A stretch of DNA of 52,504 bases from Clostridiaceae bacterium (GTDB lineage Bacteria > Bacillota > Clostridia > Christensenellales > CAG-138): contig JBDKTD010000088.1 of the NCBI GenBank assembly GCA_039680365.1, positions 1 through 52,504 on the forward strand, in the 5' to 3' direction. The notes beneath the pieces were generated by a model. That model ran no database searches, was not told the DNA's origin, and saw only the letters and a program-made list of their open reading frames with translations. Positions 34,969 through 44,196 of the stretch are shown here, one piece after another; the first letter of the stretch is position 1, and every line of letters starts with the position of its first letter. The position numbers and the translations under genes are program-made.

Positions 34969-34997
34969 TTGACATCGCCTGAACGGCTCAATATAAT
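34969..34997 (+). promoter_or_regulatory. Consensus sigma-A promoter for the LacI regulator / cellodextrin operon
   Basis: TTGACA-tcgcctgaacggctcaa(17)-TATAAT, a perfect match. Confidence 0.6.
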
Positions 34998-35007
34998 GAT
35001 TTTGTCG

Positions 35008-35017
35008 TAAACGATTA
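35008..35017. promoter_or_regulatory. Candidate LacI-family operator TAAACGATTA just downstream of the predicted transcription start
   Basis: It lies 11 nt after the -10, in roadblock position. It is the reverse complement of 34812-34821. Confidence 0.4.
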
Positions 35018-35167
35018 AGTTCATTTTGAATCATTTAAATTCATTTTCCATTGATTCCTTCTCGAAAACGATTGAGTATTCGAACAAACGCAAAGCCGCC
35101 CCGACCGGGCGTGCGTTTGTCCCTCCGGCTGGTAATCTTCCAAAATTCAAAAAAAGCACGGTAGAAT

Positions 35168-36181
35168 ATGGTAACGCTGAAAGACATTTCAAAGGAATGC
35201 GGAGTTTCTCAGGCGACCGTCAGCAAAGCGCTGAACGGTTTGCCGGATATCGGCGAGGAGACGGCCAACTATATCCGTTCCGTTGCGAATCGGATGGGCT
35301 ATCTGCCAAACGCCACGGCACGCGCGCTGAAACTCGGCATTTCGCATAATATCGGCATTCTGTTCGTCGATAAAACCAGCTGCGGCTTAAAGCACGAATA
35401 CTTTTCGGAAATTCTCAACAGCCTCAAAGTGGAAGCCGAACGCCTTGGCTACGACATCACCTTTATCAGCAAAGATATCGGCAAGTTCTCGATGGACTAT
35501 TATAAGCACGCCAAATACAGAAACTGCGACGGCGTTGTCATCGCGTCGGTCGATTTTAAGGATCCGGACGTTATCCGCCTTGTGGAAAGCGAAATCCCGA
35601 CGGTCACGCTCGACTACACGTTCGACAGCCGGTCCTCGGTGCTTTCGGACAACGTCGGCGGCATGCAGGAGATCGTGCGGTATGTCTACAGCAACGGCCA
35701 CCGCCGCATCGCCTTTATCCACGGCGAGGACACATCCGTTACCCAAAAGCGTATCGCAAGCTTCTTTAAGGCCTGTGAAGAGTTCGACCTGCGCGTACCG
35801 GAAGCTTATGTACGCGCGGCCATCTACCACGACCCGCGTTCGAGCGGGCTCGCCACGCGGGATCTGCTCGCGCTGCCGGAGCGGCCGACCTGCATCCTCT
35901 TTCCCGACGATTTCTCCTTTATCGGCGGCAAGAACGAGCTGGAGCGTCAGGGGCTATCCATTCCGGACGACATGAGCGTGGTCGGCTACGACGGCATCCT
36001 GCTGTCTCAGGTACTCCGGCCAAAGCTCACAACCTTCCGTCAGGACGCGGAAACCATGGGCCGGAAGGCCGCTGTGCTGCTTGTTGAGCAGATCGAGAAC
36101 CCGAAGAGCTGGCTTCCGCAGCTGGTGACCGTTGCGGGAACCCTTCTGGAAGGGCATTCGGTAAAAACGTTACAAGTTTGA
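35168..36181 (+). CDS. LacI-family transcriptional regulator
   Basis: 337 aa. HTH MVTLKDISKECGVSQATVSKALNG...ARALK, followed by a periplasmic-binding-like sugar domain. Confidence 0.9.
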   Translation: MVTLKDISKECGVSQATVSKALNGLPDIGEETANYIRSVANRMGYLPNATARALKLGISHNIGILFVDKTSCGLKHEYFSEILNSLKVEAERLGYDITFISKDIGKFSMDYYKHAKYRNCDGVVIASVDFKDPDVIRLVESEIPTVTLDYTFDSRSSVLSDNVGGMQEIVRYVYSNGHRRIAFIHGEDTSVTQKRIASFFKACEEFDLRVPEAYVRAAIYHDPRSSGLATRDLLALPERPTCILFPDDFSFIGGKNELERQGLSIPDDMSVVGYDGILLSQVLRPKLTTFRQDAETMGRKAAVLLVEQIENPKSWLPQLVTVAGTLLEGHSVKTLQV

Positions 36182-36204
36182 GGCGCTTAGCAAGCTTCAA
36201 GCTT

Positions 36205-36359
36205 AATGTAAGCCAATTTATGAAACCGATTCAGATTTGAGTGCTTATCCGTGCTCAATGAAAGCCATTCTGTGAAACCGATTTAGATTTGAGCGCTTAC
36301 TCGTGCTCAATGAAGGCCGTTCAGGAAACCGATTCAGATTTGAGCGCTTATCCGTGCTC
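36205..36359 (+). repeat. Three tandem 52/52/51-bp direct repeats, each with inverted arms TTGAGC-N10-GCTCAA and a GAAACCGATT core
   Basis: Units are 36205-36256, 36257-36308 and 36309-36359, roughly 85-90 percent identical by eye. A degenerate partial copy overlaps the LacI stop (36178-36204). A hairpin GAACGGACGC/GCGTCTGTTC at 36367-36393, then the RBS and ATG 36417, follow. Confidence 0.9.
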
Positions 36360-36416
36360 AATATAGAACGGACGCTGATGGGGCGTCTGTTCAAAAAATA
36401 AACAGGAGGAGTATCA

Positions 36417-37811
36417 ATGAAAAAACTACTCGCGATTCTATTGACTGTGGCTGTACTGTTGTCCGTGTGCGCCTGCTCGAAACCCGCAGAAACGGCCGCA
36501 GCACCCACGACCGAAGAAGCGGCGGCAGCACCCGCCGAAGAAGCCGCCGCCCCCGCTGCTCCGGCAGAACAGGGAAAAGTTTACAACATCTACTGCTGGA
36601 ATGTAGAATTCCAGGCTCGTTTCCAGAAGTACTTTATCGACGCGGGCCTCGTGCCGGACGGCGTAACGATCAACTGGGTTATCACGCCGAACGCCGATAA
36701 CGCCTACCAGGCCAAGTTGGACGAAGCGCTGCTTGCGCAGGAAACCGCCGCGGCCGACGATAAGATCGACCTGTTCCTGATTGAAGCGGATTACGCGCTC
36801 AAGTATGTCAACACCGATTACACGCTGGATGTTTACAAGGATCTCGGACTGACGGAAGACGATACCTCCGCCATGTACGGCTACACCAAGGACGTCTGCA
36901 CGGACGCCAACGGCGCGCTCAAGGGTCTCTCCTGGCAGGCCTGCCCCGCCGGCTTGATCTACCGCCGCTCGATTGCCAAGGCGGTTCTTGGCACGGATGA
37001 TCCGGCAGAAGTACAGGCAAAGCTCGACAGCTGGGATAAGTTCAACGCTGTCGCCGCGGACGCCAAAGCGCTGGATTACCTCATGGTTGCCGGCTATGAC
37101 GACGATTACCGCGTGTTCAGCAACAACGCCACCACGACCTGGGTTGACGCGAACAACAAGATTCAGTTCGACCCGAATATCCTGGCCTGGATCGATCAGA
37201 CCAAGACCTTTACCGACAACGGTTACAACAACAAGGCGATCCTCTGGTCCCCCGAACAGTGGGTTGGCGCGAAGGCCGACGGCAAAGTGATGTGCTACTT
37301 CGGGCCGGGCTGGTTCTTCGATTTCTGCCTTGCTCCCGCAACGCTGGCTGATTCGGAAGCGGAAGCCGCTGTTGGCAACGGCAGTTATGGCGATTGGGCG
37401 ATTGTCAAAGGACCGCAGAGTTATTACTGGGGCGGCACCTGGCTGTGCGCGGCCAAAGGCTCCGATAACCTCGAACTCACGAATCTGATCATGAAGACCA
37501 TGACCTGCGACAAGGACACGCTGATTGGCATCGTTCACGATTTCAATGACTTCACCAACAACGAAGAGGCCATGACGGAAATTGCCAACAGCGACTTTTC
37601 CAGCGCGTTCCTCGGCGGCCAGAACTATATCTCCTTGCTGCTCGACAGCGCAAAGAGCATTAAGTTCCTTGCGAGCCCCTATGATCAGGGCTGCAACGAG
37701 AAGCTCCAGGAAGCGATGCGCGGCTATTTCAACGGCACCGCGACCTATGAAGAAGCGATGGATAACTTCTATACGCTCGTTCTCGAGAAGTACCCCGAAC
37801 TGAGCAGATAA
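36417..37811 (+). CDS. CUT1 carbohydrate ABC substrate-binding lipoprotein
   Basis: 464 aa. Signal peptide with Cys (LLSVCAC), an Ala/Pro/Glu linker, then a binding fold. RBS AGGAGGAG. Confidence 0.9.
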   Translation: MKKLLAILLTVAVLLSVCACSKPAETAAAPTTEEAAAAPAEEAAAPAAPAEQGKVYNIYCWNVEFQARFQKYFIDAGLVPDGVTINWVITPNADNAYQAKLDEALLAQETAAADDKIDLFLIEADYALKYVNTDYTLDVYKDLGLTEDDTSAMYGYTKDVCTDANGALKGLSWQACPAGLIYRRSIAKAVLGTDDPAEVQAKLDSWDKFNAVAADAKALDYLMVAGYDDDYRVFSNNATTTWVDANNKIQFDPNILAWIDQTKTFTDNGYNNKAILWSPEQWVGAKADGKVMCYFGPGWFFDFCLAPATLADSEAEAAVGNGSYGDWAIVKGPQSYYWGGTWLCAAKGSDNLELTNLIMKTMTCDKDTLIGIVHDFNDFTNNEEAMTEIANSDFSSAFLGGQNYISLLLDSAKSIKFLASPYDQGCNEKLQEAMRGYFNGTATYEEAMDNFYTLVLEKYPELSR

Positions 37812-37841
37812 CCTGCCAAACGACAACACACGATGCTTTGC

Positions 37842-37867
37842 GGCGGGACGGGCTTGCCCGTTCCGCC
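37842..37867 (+). terminator. Intercistronic stem-loop (partial terminator or mRNA stabiliser) after the binding-protein gene
   Basis: GGCGGGACGGG-CTTG-CCCGTTCCGCC: an 11-bp stem with one G-U pair and a weak U-tract. Confidence 0.4.
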
Positions 37868-37941
37868 GTCTCGTTCCAGAAATGCAAAACCGCAGTGATG
37901 CGGCAAAGCCAAATGAAACTGGAAGGGAAAGGGATGCCGAT

Positions 37942-38910
37942 ATGGGTAAAACGCCGGTCAAGCGAATTAAATCCGTCAGCTATGCAAAGTGGGGTTACTT
38001 CTTCATCGCTCCATTCTTTCTTGTATATCTGATCTTTCATCTGATTCCGCTTGGTTCAACAATTTACAACAGCTTTTTTGAAAACTACCGTTCGGGACTT
38101 TCCCAGATCGGACCCAAGTTCGTTGGCTTTCAAAACTATATCACCCTGTTTCAAGGCGGCGAACTGCCAAAGTTTGCATGGAATACGCTGGTGATGTGGC
38201 TCATGGGCTTTGTGCCGCAGATTCTCGTTGCAATGCTGCTCGCGGTCTGGTTTACGAGTTACCGCCTCAAGCTGAAAGCGCAGCCGTTCTTTAAAACGGT
38301 AATCTATATGCCGAACTTAATCATGGCGTCCGCGTTTGCCATGTTGTTTTTTCTCCTCTTCTCCGCCGTCGGCCCGGTCAATCAAGCGTTGCAGCAGCTC
38401 GGCCTGCTCGTTGATCCGCTGCGAATGGAAGAGAGCACAACGCTCACACGGAGCCTGGTTGCGCTCATGAACTTTTTAATGTGGTTTGGCAACACCACCA
38501 TCGTGCTGATGGCGGGCATAATGGGCATTGACCAGTCGCTCTTCGACGCGGCGCAGGTGGACGGCGCAAAACCGCGCCAGGTGTTTTACCGGGTCACGCT
38601 GCCCATGCTCAAGCCAATCGTACTATATGTGATCATCACCTGCATGATCGGCGGCATTCAGATGTTCGACGTGCCGCAGGTGCTCACAAACTTTACCGGA
38701 GAACCGAACCGCTCCGCGATGACGCTCGTGATGTACCTGAACAAGCACCTGCAGAGCAAGAATCTCGGCATGGGCGGCGCGGTCTCCGTGTTGATCTTTT
38801 TAATCACCGCCGTGTTGAGCGTAATCGTGTATCTATCGATGACCAAGGACATCCGCGAAGCGAACAAGCTCAAAAAAGAACGTGTAGAATCCGTCAAGGG
38901 GGTGGAATAA
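37942..38910 (+). CDS. CUT1 sugar ABC permease (MalF/LacF-like)
   Basis: The ORF track starts at 37882. ATG 37942 (MGKTPVKRIKSVSYAKWGYFFIAPFF) with a G-rich RBS is more likely. EAA loop DAAQVDGAKPRQVFYRVTLP. Confidence 0.9.
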   Translation: MGKTPVKRIKSVSYAKWGYFFIAPFFLVYLIFHLIPLGSTIYNSFFENYRSGLSQIGPKFVGFQNYITLFQGGELPKFAWNTLVMWLMGFVPQILVAMLLAVWFTSYRLKLKAQPFFKTVIYMPNLIMASAFAMLFFLLFSAVGPVNQALQQLGLLVDPLRMEESTTLTRSLVALMNFLMWFGNTTIVLMAGIMGIDQSLFDAAQVDGAKPRQVFYRVTLPMLKPIVLYVIITCMIGGIQMFDVPQVLTNFTGEPNRSAMTLVMYLNKHLQSKNLGMGGAVSVLIFLITAVLSVIVYLSMTKDIREANKLKKERVESVKGVE

Positions 38911-38911
38911 C

Positions 38912-39790
38912 ATGGAGACCGCAAAAAAGAAAACGTTTTCGATTCGTCTCGGTTCCGCCCGGCTCGCTATTTCGCGCACGTTCTGCTATATCGTTCTGGC
39001 GTTCCTTGCAATCCTCTGCCTGTTTTCGTTTTATATGCTGATCGTCAACGCAACCCGCCAGCACGGCGCAATCATGTCCGGCTTTTCCTGGCTGCCGGGC
39101 GGTTCGTTCCTCTATAATGCGAAAAACCTGTTTGACGACAAGAATATCCCGACCATCCGCGCGCTGGGCAACAGTCTGCTCGTTGCGGGTTCCTGCGCCA
39201 TACTGACCACGTATTTCTCCGCCATGACGGCGTACGGCCTGCATGCCTACCAGTTCCGTTTCAAGCAGGCGGCGTTCCTGTTTATCCTGTTTGTGATGAT
39301 GGTGCCGTATCAGGTTTCCACGCTCGGCTTTCTCCAGCTCGTGACCAAGATGGACATGATGGATACCTACTGGCCGCTGATACTGCCAAAGATCGCGGCT
39401 CCGGTCGTCTTCTTCTTTATGAAGCAGTATATGGAGAGCGTCCTCCCGCTAGAAATTGTGGAAGCGGCGCGCGTGGACGGCAGTAACGAATTCCACACGT
39501 TCAACCGCATCGTGCTGCCAATGATCAAACCCGCCATCGCGGTGCAGGCCATCTTTGCGTTTGTTGAAAACTGGAACAACTACTTCATCCCGGCGCTCGT
39601 CATCAACGCCAACGACAAAAAGACGATCCCGATTCTGATTGCGCAGCTCCGGAGCGCGGACTACCTCAAGTTTGACCTCGGCAAGGTCTATATGCTGGTG
39701 TTCGTGGCGATTATCCCCGTCATGCTTGTGTATATCTTCCTCTCTAAGTTCATCATCAAGGGCGTCACTATGGGGAGCTTAAAAGGATGA
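38912..39790 (+). CDS. CUT1 sugar ABC permease (MalG/LacG-like)
   Basis: 292 aa, six TM segments, EAA loop EAARVDGSNEFHTFNRIVLP. Confidence 0.9.
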   Translation: METAKKKTFSIRLGSARLAISRTFCYIVLAFLAILCLFSFYMLIVNATRQHGAIMSGFSWLPGGSFLYNAKNLFDDKNIPTIRALGNSLLVAGSCAILTTYFSAMTAYGLHAYQFRFKQAAFLFILFVMMVPYQVSTLGFLQLVTKMDMMDTYWPLILPKIAAPVVFFFMKQYMESVLPLEIVEAARVDGSNEFHTFNRIVLPMIKPAIAVQAIFAFVENWNNYFIPALVINANDKKTIPILIAQLRSADYLKFDLGKVYMLVFVAIIPVMLVYIFLSKFIIKGVTMGSLKG

Positions 39791-41142
39791 CCTTCCCCGT
39801 TCCGTTCGATTCTCTGCTTGAGGAAGTCGTTCGTATGTTCTATCTGCAGCGCTGCGGCACGGCGCTGCAGCCGGAATTTGCGGGCGACTTTTCGCATCCC
39901 GCCTGCCACGCAGCGCCTTCCCGCGTCTATGGTACGGAGGAGTTCCTCTCCGTTTCGGGCGGATGGCACGACGCGGGCGATTACGGCCGCTACTCCGCGC
40001 CCGGCGCGAAAGCGGCCGCCGACCTGCTACTGGCGTATCAAGCCGCGCCCGCGCTTTTTGGCGACGACACTGGCATTCCGGAAAGCGGCAACGACTTGCC
40101 GGATCTTCTTAACGAAGCGCGCTGGGAGCTGGAGTGGATGCTCAAGATGATCCGTCCCGACGGCGCGGTTTACCATAAGGTAACCTGCGCCAGCTTCTGC
40201 GGTATGATTCCGCCGCATCTTGAGCGCGAGGAAACGGTCGTCTCTCCGGTCTCTGCGACCGCGACGGGCGACTTTGCGGGGACGTTTGCGCTCGCAAGCC
40301 GCGTCTACGCCGCGTTATCCCCCGCTTTTGCGAAGGATTGTCTGGACGCCGCGTGGCGGACGTACGCGTTTTTGCGGTCATCCCCGCCGCTGCCGTTCCA
40401 TAACCCGCAAGGCGTAACGACTGGAGAATACGACGACAACTGCGATGCGGACGAACGCTTCTTTGCCGCGGCCTCCCTGTTTGCCGCAACCGGCGAGCGG
40501 GCGTATCTCGAAGATGCGGCAGCGCTCTGGAGCGCGGAACTGCCGGTTTCGCTGGGTTGGGAAGATATGGCGGGATATGGGTATCTCTGCCTGCTGTTCA
40601 GCCCGTTTGCGGCAAACGATGAACCGTTTTTACAAACGCTGCGGGAGCGCTTCTTTACGCACGCGGACGCGTTGGCTTACGCAAGCGAAACCAGTCCGTA
40701 CGGCGTTTCGCTCGCTGCTCCGCTCCCCTGGGGCAGCAACATGTACCTGCTCAATAACGCCGCGCTGCTTGGCGAGGCGAACCGCCTGCGCCCGTCGAAA
40801 CGGTATGCCGCCGCCGTTGAACATCATTTGGATTACATCTTTGGCAAGAACCCGCTTTCCATGTGCTATGTGACTGGTTTTGGCGAACGCTCTCCCCGGC
40901 ACCCGCATCATCGCCCCTCCGCCGCCCTTGGCAAGCCGATGCCGGGTATGCTCGTTGGCGGGCCGGATTCCGGCCTGCACGACCCCTTGGCCAAGGAGCG
41001 CCTCTTGGGTAAACCGCCGTTTGAATGCTATCTGGACGAGCTGGAAAGCTACTCCACCAACGAGGTCGCCGTCTACTGGAACTCCGCACTGGTCTATGCG
41101 CTGGCGCTCTACGGAGCAATGGCGGAAAGTCCGAACCCTTAA
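39787..41142 (+). CDS. GH9 glycoside hydrolase, cytoplasmic (cellodextrinase-like), no signal peptide or CBM
   Basis: 451 aa. GH9 signatures GGWHDAGDYGRY, RHPHHRPS and YSTNEVAVYWNSAL. ATGA overlap with the upstream permease. Confidence 0.9.
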   Translation: MTFPVPFDSLLEEVVRMFYLQRCGTALQPEFAGDFSHPACHAAPSRVYGTEEFLSVSGGWHDAGDYGRYSAPGAKAAADLLLAYQAAPALFGDDTGIPESGNDLPDLLNEARWELEWMLKMIRPDGAVYHKVTCASFCGMIPPHLEREETVVSPVSATATGDFAGTFALASRVYAALSPAFAKDCLDAAWRTYAFLRSSPPLPFHNPQGVTTGEYDDNCDADERFFAAASLFAATGERAYLEDAAALWSAELPVSLGWEDMAGYGYLCLLFSPFAANDEPFLQTLRERFFTHADALAYASETSPYGVSLAAPLPWGSNMYLLNNAALLGEANRLRPSKRYAAAVEHHLDYIFGKNPLSMCYVTGFGERSPRHPHHRPSAALGKPMPGMLVGGPDSGLHDPLAKERLLGKPPFECYLDELESYSTNEVAVYWNSALVYALALYGAMAESPNP

Positions 41143-41165
41143 GACGGCGCGCGCATATCTAGCGC

Positions 41166-41202
41166 ATAAAAAACCTACGGTTTATTATGCCGTAGGTTTT
41201 TA
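41166..41202. terminator. Bidirectional rho-independent terminator between GH9 and the hybrid kinase
   Basis: AAAAACCTACGG-TTTATTATG-CCGTAGGTTTTT: a perfect stem flanked by an A-run and a T-run. Confidence 0.8.
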
Positions 41203-41261
41203 CTTGTCCGTTTTCAGTGAAACTCGACAGACGGGCGGTTTTTTGCTGGTAATTCGCTGTA

Positions 41262-44180
41262 TCAATAGTTTTCGAGCGCGTCTCTCGTCTGTTCGAGCGC
41301 AAGCAGGAACGGTTCCAGCAGCCGCGTAATCGCGCTTTCTCCGCCTTCCTTGAACGCCTGCTGCAGCGCCGCCGCCGCGTCTTGCAGCGATTTTGCGCCA
41401 ATGCTGCCCGCGCTGCTCTTGAGCTTATGGACGATCTGTTCGCCCTGAACATAGTCTTTTGCCAGCACCGCCGCGTTCAGATCAGGCTCAATCGAGCCGG
41501 TCTCCTCCAGAAACGACTGGAGCACCAGCCGGTAAATCGCGTCGTCCCCGCCGATGCGCTTGCGCCCGTCGGCAAAGTCCACAATCGCCGGGTGCTCTTC
41601 GGCGGCCTCCGTCGGAGCCTTTTCCCGCCGCGGCCGCCTGCCTTCCAACAGGGAAACCAGCGTCTCAATCAGCTGCTCCGGCTCAAAGGGCTTACTCACA
41701 TAGCTGTGGATTCCGTGCGCTCTGCACTGCTCCTCAACGCCCGCAATCGCGTCCGCCGTCATGGCGACAATGGGGATATCCGCGTCGATTTTCCGTATCA
41801 GGCCGGAAGCCGTGTAGCCGTCCATCACCGGCATGTGCAAATCCATCAGGATCAGATCGATCTCCTCCGGATGCGCCGCAAAGAAGCGCCAGCCTTCCTC
41901 GCCGTCGGAGGCGACATCCAGCGCAAAGCCCGCCTGTTCAAGGATACTCTTGGCGATGAACTGGTTGGTTTTGTTGTCCTCCACCAGCAGCAGCCGGTAA
42001 GGATGGGGCAGCGAATGATGATCCGCCGGTTTTGCGGCCTGCCGTTCTTCCGGCGGCTTGATCTTGAGAATTTCAATGATGCCGTTGTACAAAACGGACG
42101 GGATGACAGGCTTTGTCATGCCAAAGTCGAGACCCGCCGCTTCCAGCTCTTCCAAAAGATCCTCGCGCATCATCGGCATGAGCAGAATCGTCTTGGTTTC
42201 ATCCGGCAGTTTCCGCCTGCGCTTCAGCGTTTTGAACCATTCAATGCCGTTCTCGCGGGGCGTGACGTGGTCGATCAGCAGGATGCTGTACGGTTTTCCT
42301 TCCTTAACTCCCTGCGCAATCAGCTGCTGCGCCTGCTCCGGCGTCTCCGCCATGTCCGCAGCGATGCCGAACGAGCGGAAGCACTCCGCCAACTGTGCGC
42401 GCGCGCTTTCGCTTTGATCCAGCGCCAGCGCCCGCATGCTGCGGAAGCATTCAACGGACATCCGCGCGCTTCTTGCGCGTTCCTGCACGGCGTCGGGCTC
42501 CAGCGGCAGTTTCACGGCAAAGACCGAGCCGACATTCGGTTCGCTTGTGACAGAGATTTCTCCGTTCATCAGATCCACAAGACTCTTGACGATGGAGAGC
42601 CCCAGCCCGCTGCCGCCGAACCGCCTGCTGATGCTGGAATCGCCCTGATCGAACGGCACAAACAAGTGCTCCAGCTGCTCCCCACTCATGCCGATGCCGG
42701 TATCGGAAACGATGAACTCGAGTTTCGATACCTCCGTTTGCCCCTCCGCCGGGCGGACGACGAGCTTAACCTGCCCGTGCTCCGTAAACTTGACGGCGTT
42801 GTTGACGAGGTTGAGCAGAATCTGCTCAATGCGCAGCGGATCGCCAAAGAAATAGGAAGGCAGAGCGGGGTCTTTCTCCAGCAGCAGCTCAATGCCCTGC
42901 TCTTCCACCTTGACGGACTCAATGTTGACAATCTTTTGCAAAAGCTTGTCCAGATCAAACGAAATCCGCTCAATCGCTATCTTTCCCGCTTCGATCTTGG
43001 AAAAATCGAGGATGTCGTTGATCGTGCCCAGCATCGTGCGCGCGGCTTGCGACAGCTTGTCGAGGTAGCTGTTCTGCGTGGCCGTCAGATCGGTTTTCTT
43101 CATGAGATACGCCATGCCCATTATCGCGTTAAGCGGCGTGCGGATTTCATGCGACATGCGCGCGAGAAACAGCGACTTAACCTGGTTTGCCTGCTCCGCT
43201 TCCTCTTTTGCGAGAACCAGCTCTTCCTGCGCTTTTTTACGTTTGGCAACCTCTTTTCGCAGCCGGATGATCCAGAGGTACGAAACGGCTACTACGAGCG
43301 CCAGAATCCCGACGCCGACGCCGACGCCGCGCAGCATATCCTGATAGTCCAGCGTAGCTTCAACGTCGACCCATTTGTTGTTGATTTCGTTTCGTTCTTC
43401 CTTTGTAATGCTGACGATGGCTTTGTTGAGAATGCTCACCAGTTCCGGCCAGTCCTTGCGCACTGCAAAATGCAGCGACTGCGAGGTGTCCCCCGGCGCC
43501 GGGTCGATGGTGAAGTACTTGAGGTTTGTAATGCCGTTTTCCCGCGCGAGATAGCTGGAAGTCGCCATATTGCCGATAAACGCAAGCTCCGTCCCCTGGG
43601 AAACGGCGCGGAGCCCCGCCTCCACCGTGGGGTACAGGCTCAGCTTGATCTCCGGAAACTGCGTTAAGTAGCTGTGATGCGAGCTGTTCATCTGCACGGC
43701 GACGGTCTTGCCTTTCAGGTCCGCAAACTCGTTGAGATTTTTTGTTTCCTGATTGATAAACACCGCGCGCTGAAAGGTAAAATAGGTATCCGAGAATAAA
43801 AAATACCGCTCGCGTTCGGCGGTTTGCGCAACGCACGGTAAAACGTCCAGTTCGCCCCGCACGGCTTTTTCATACGCTTCGGTCCAGGTCAGCCCCTCCT
43901 GCACCTGCATATCCAGCCCCGTTCGCTCGCAGATCAGCGCGATATAGTCCGCCGCAATGCCTTTATACACACCGTCGGTATCGAAGAACTCGTATGGCAC
44001 AAAGTTCGGATCGACGCCGAGGCGAATCACCGGATGTTCATACAGAAACGCTTCCTCCTCCGGGGTCAGCTCGATGGTCGGCTGCGGGGTGTCGTCCTGC
44101 GCGCTCGAAGCCGGCACGGGACAGCTAAATACCAGCAGGAACACGGCAAGCAGCGCCGCAATCCATTTTGTCCGTTTCAT
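41262..44180 (-). CDS. BvgS/EvgS-like hybrid sensor histidine kinase (periplasmic SBP_bac_3 domain, TM, HisKA-HATPase, degenerate REC, REC, HPt)
   Basis: The ORF track starts at 44282. ATG 44180 (GGGAGG 8 nt upstream) gives the signal/TM sequence MKRTKWIAALLAVFLLVF. A venus-flytrap domain follows (IRLGVDPNFVPYEFFD). H-box ARMSHEIRTPLNAI; G-boxes DTGIGM and GGSGLGLSI. REC LILMDLHMPVMDG...SKP. HPt HKLKSSAGSIGA. Confidence 0.9.
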   Translation of the reverse strand: MKRTKWIAALLAVFLLVFSCPVPASSAQDDTPQPTIELTPEEEAFLYEHPVIRLGVDPNFVPYEFFDTDGVYKGIAADYIALICERTGLDMQVQEGLTWTEAYEKAVRGELDVLPCVAQTAERERYFLFSDTYFTFQRAVFINQETKNLNEFADLKGKTVAVQMNSSHHSYLTQFPEIKLSLYPTVEAGLRAVSQGTELAFIGNMATSSYLARENGITNLKYFTIDPAPGDTSQSLHFAVRKDWPELVSILNKAIVSITKEERNEINNKWVDVEATLDYQDMLRGVGVGVGILALVVAVSYLWIIRLRKEVAKRKKAQEELVLAKEEAEQANQVKSLFLARMSHEIRTPLNAIMGMAYLMKKTDLTATQNSYLDKLSQAARTMLGTINDILDFSKIEAGKIAIERISFDLDKLLQKIVNIESVKVEEQGIELLLEKDPALPSYFFGDPLRIEQILLNLVNNAVKFTEHGQVKLVVRPAEGQTEVSKLEFIVSDTGIGMSGEQLEHLFVPFDQGDSSISRRFGGSGLGLSIVKSLVDLMNGEISVTSEPNVGSVFAVKLPLEPDAVQERARSARMSVECFRSMRALALDQSESARAQLAECFRSFGIAADMAETPEQAQQLIAQGVKEGKPYSILLIDHVTPRENGIEWFKTLKRRRKLPDETKTILLMPMMREDLLEELEAAGLDFGMTKPVIPSVLYNGIIEILKIKPPEERQAAKPADHHSLPHPYRLLLVEDNKTNQFIAKSILEQAGFALDVASDGEEGWRFFAAHPEEIDLILMDLHMPVMDGYTASGLIRKIDADIPIVAMTADAIAGVEEQCRAHGIHSYVSKPFEPEQLIETLVSLLEGRRPRREKAPTEAAEEHPAIVDFADGRKRIGGDDAIYRLVLQSFLEETGSIEPDLNAAVLAKDYVQGEQIVHKLKSSAGSIGAKSLQDAAAALQQAFKEGGESAITRLLEPFLLALEQTRDALENY

Positions 44181-44196
44181 TTGCTCGCCTCCCGCT

